Part shown: piece by piece, positions 63,605-64,000 of the stretch
Layout: every line of letters starts with the position of its first letter
How positions within the stretch are numbered: position 1 is the stretch's first letter
Source of the DNA: Takakia lepidozioides
Lineage: Eukaryota > Plantae > Bryophyta
Direction of reading: 5' to 3'
DNA length: 64,000 nt
NCBI GenBank assembly: GCA_030704615.1
Contig: CM060731.1
Span: 6,758,001 to 6,822,000 of the forward strand
Made by a program: the position numbers and the translations under genes
The notes under the pieces: model-generated
Databases searched by the model: none
The model's input: only the letters and a program-made list of their open reading frames with translations
Told to the model about the DNA's origin: nothing

Positions 63605-64000
63605 GGCTGAAAAGGCATGGCCGTCCACGTCTGACAGAGGAAGCGGTAGCTTTTGACTTAGCAGAGTCCTTCAATGGGCTTGCCAGGGAGGCCAACATGT
63701 TGCGAGGAGAGGAAGCTTTGGGTGAGCCGGTGCATGAAACTCTAGCTGACTCTGAGATGGTACAGAGGAGGATTCGCAAACCCAAGAAGGTGGGCCGCAA
63801 AGCTCGCCGTCTGCGCCTGCTGGCAGCTGCACAAGAATCTCGGCGCAATCGCCTGTTGCTGCAAAATACAAGCGCATTGAAGGTAGAGCAGCCGCTTGAC
63901 GTAGCTGCGGCAGCAGTCGCAGCTCGCAGTACAGCAGAGGCAGCGCGAGCACGCGCTCAAGCCCTCTATGCAGTGGCTGATGCTGCAATGCACAAGGCTG
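63605..64000 (+). CDS. EPL-like gene, further coding exon running off the window
   Basis: Acceptor acag|gg is phase-compatible. The open frame ends ...ARARAQALYAVADAAMHKA, resembling the family's C-terminal helix. Confidence 0.72.

Overview
Eukaryotic, TE-dense land-plant sequence. A moss or other bryophyte is likely, but that is inferred from the TE families and intron style. About 56 kb of nested transposons is followed by the 5' part of one host gene, a Tudor plus Enhancer-of-polycomb-like protein (57185 to the window end). The TEs are: three copies and one solo LTR of a GC-rich Ty3/gypsy chromovirus (family 1); many decayed pieces of an AT-rich, apparently self-priming Tf1/Tcn1-type chromovirus (family 2); a MULE-like transposase relic; and small non-autonomous Mutator and CACTA elements. 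The main discovery candidate is a 15.7-kb hAT DNA transposon (20408-36150) with an exact 8-bp TSD (ATTAACGC). Besides its transposase it carries a protein-kinase gene and a large RING-H2 gene. Each of the three genes has, just upstream of its TATA box, an array of the same 27-bp palindrome (TGCGACCACC-N7-GGTGGTCGCA) at about 51-bp spacing. A 4.5-kb hierarchical repeat block separates the two converging cargo genes. This looks like a multi-gene transposon with its own shared operator system. Other signals are tandem kissing-loop RNA modules in the family-1 3' region, independent PBS deletions, a ~19-kb inversion revealed by a split solo LTR, a circularly permuted reinsertion, and tRNA-like cassettes inside several DNA transposons.
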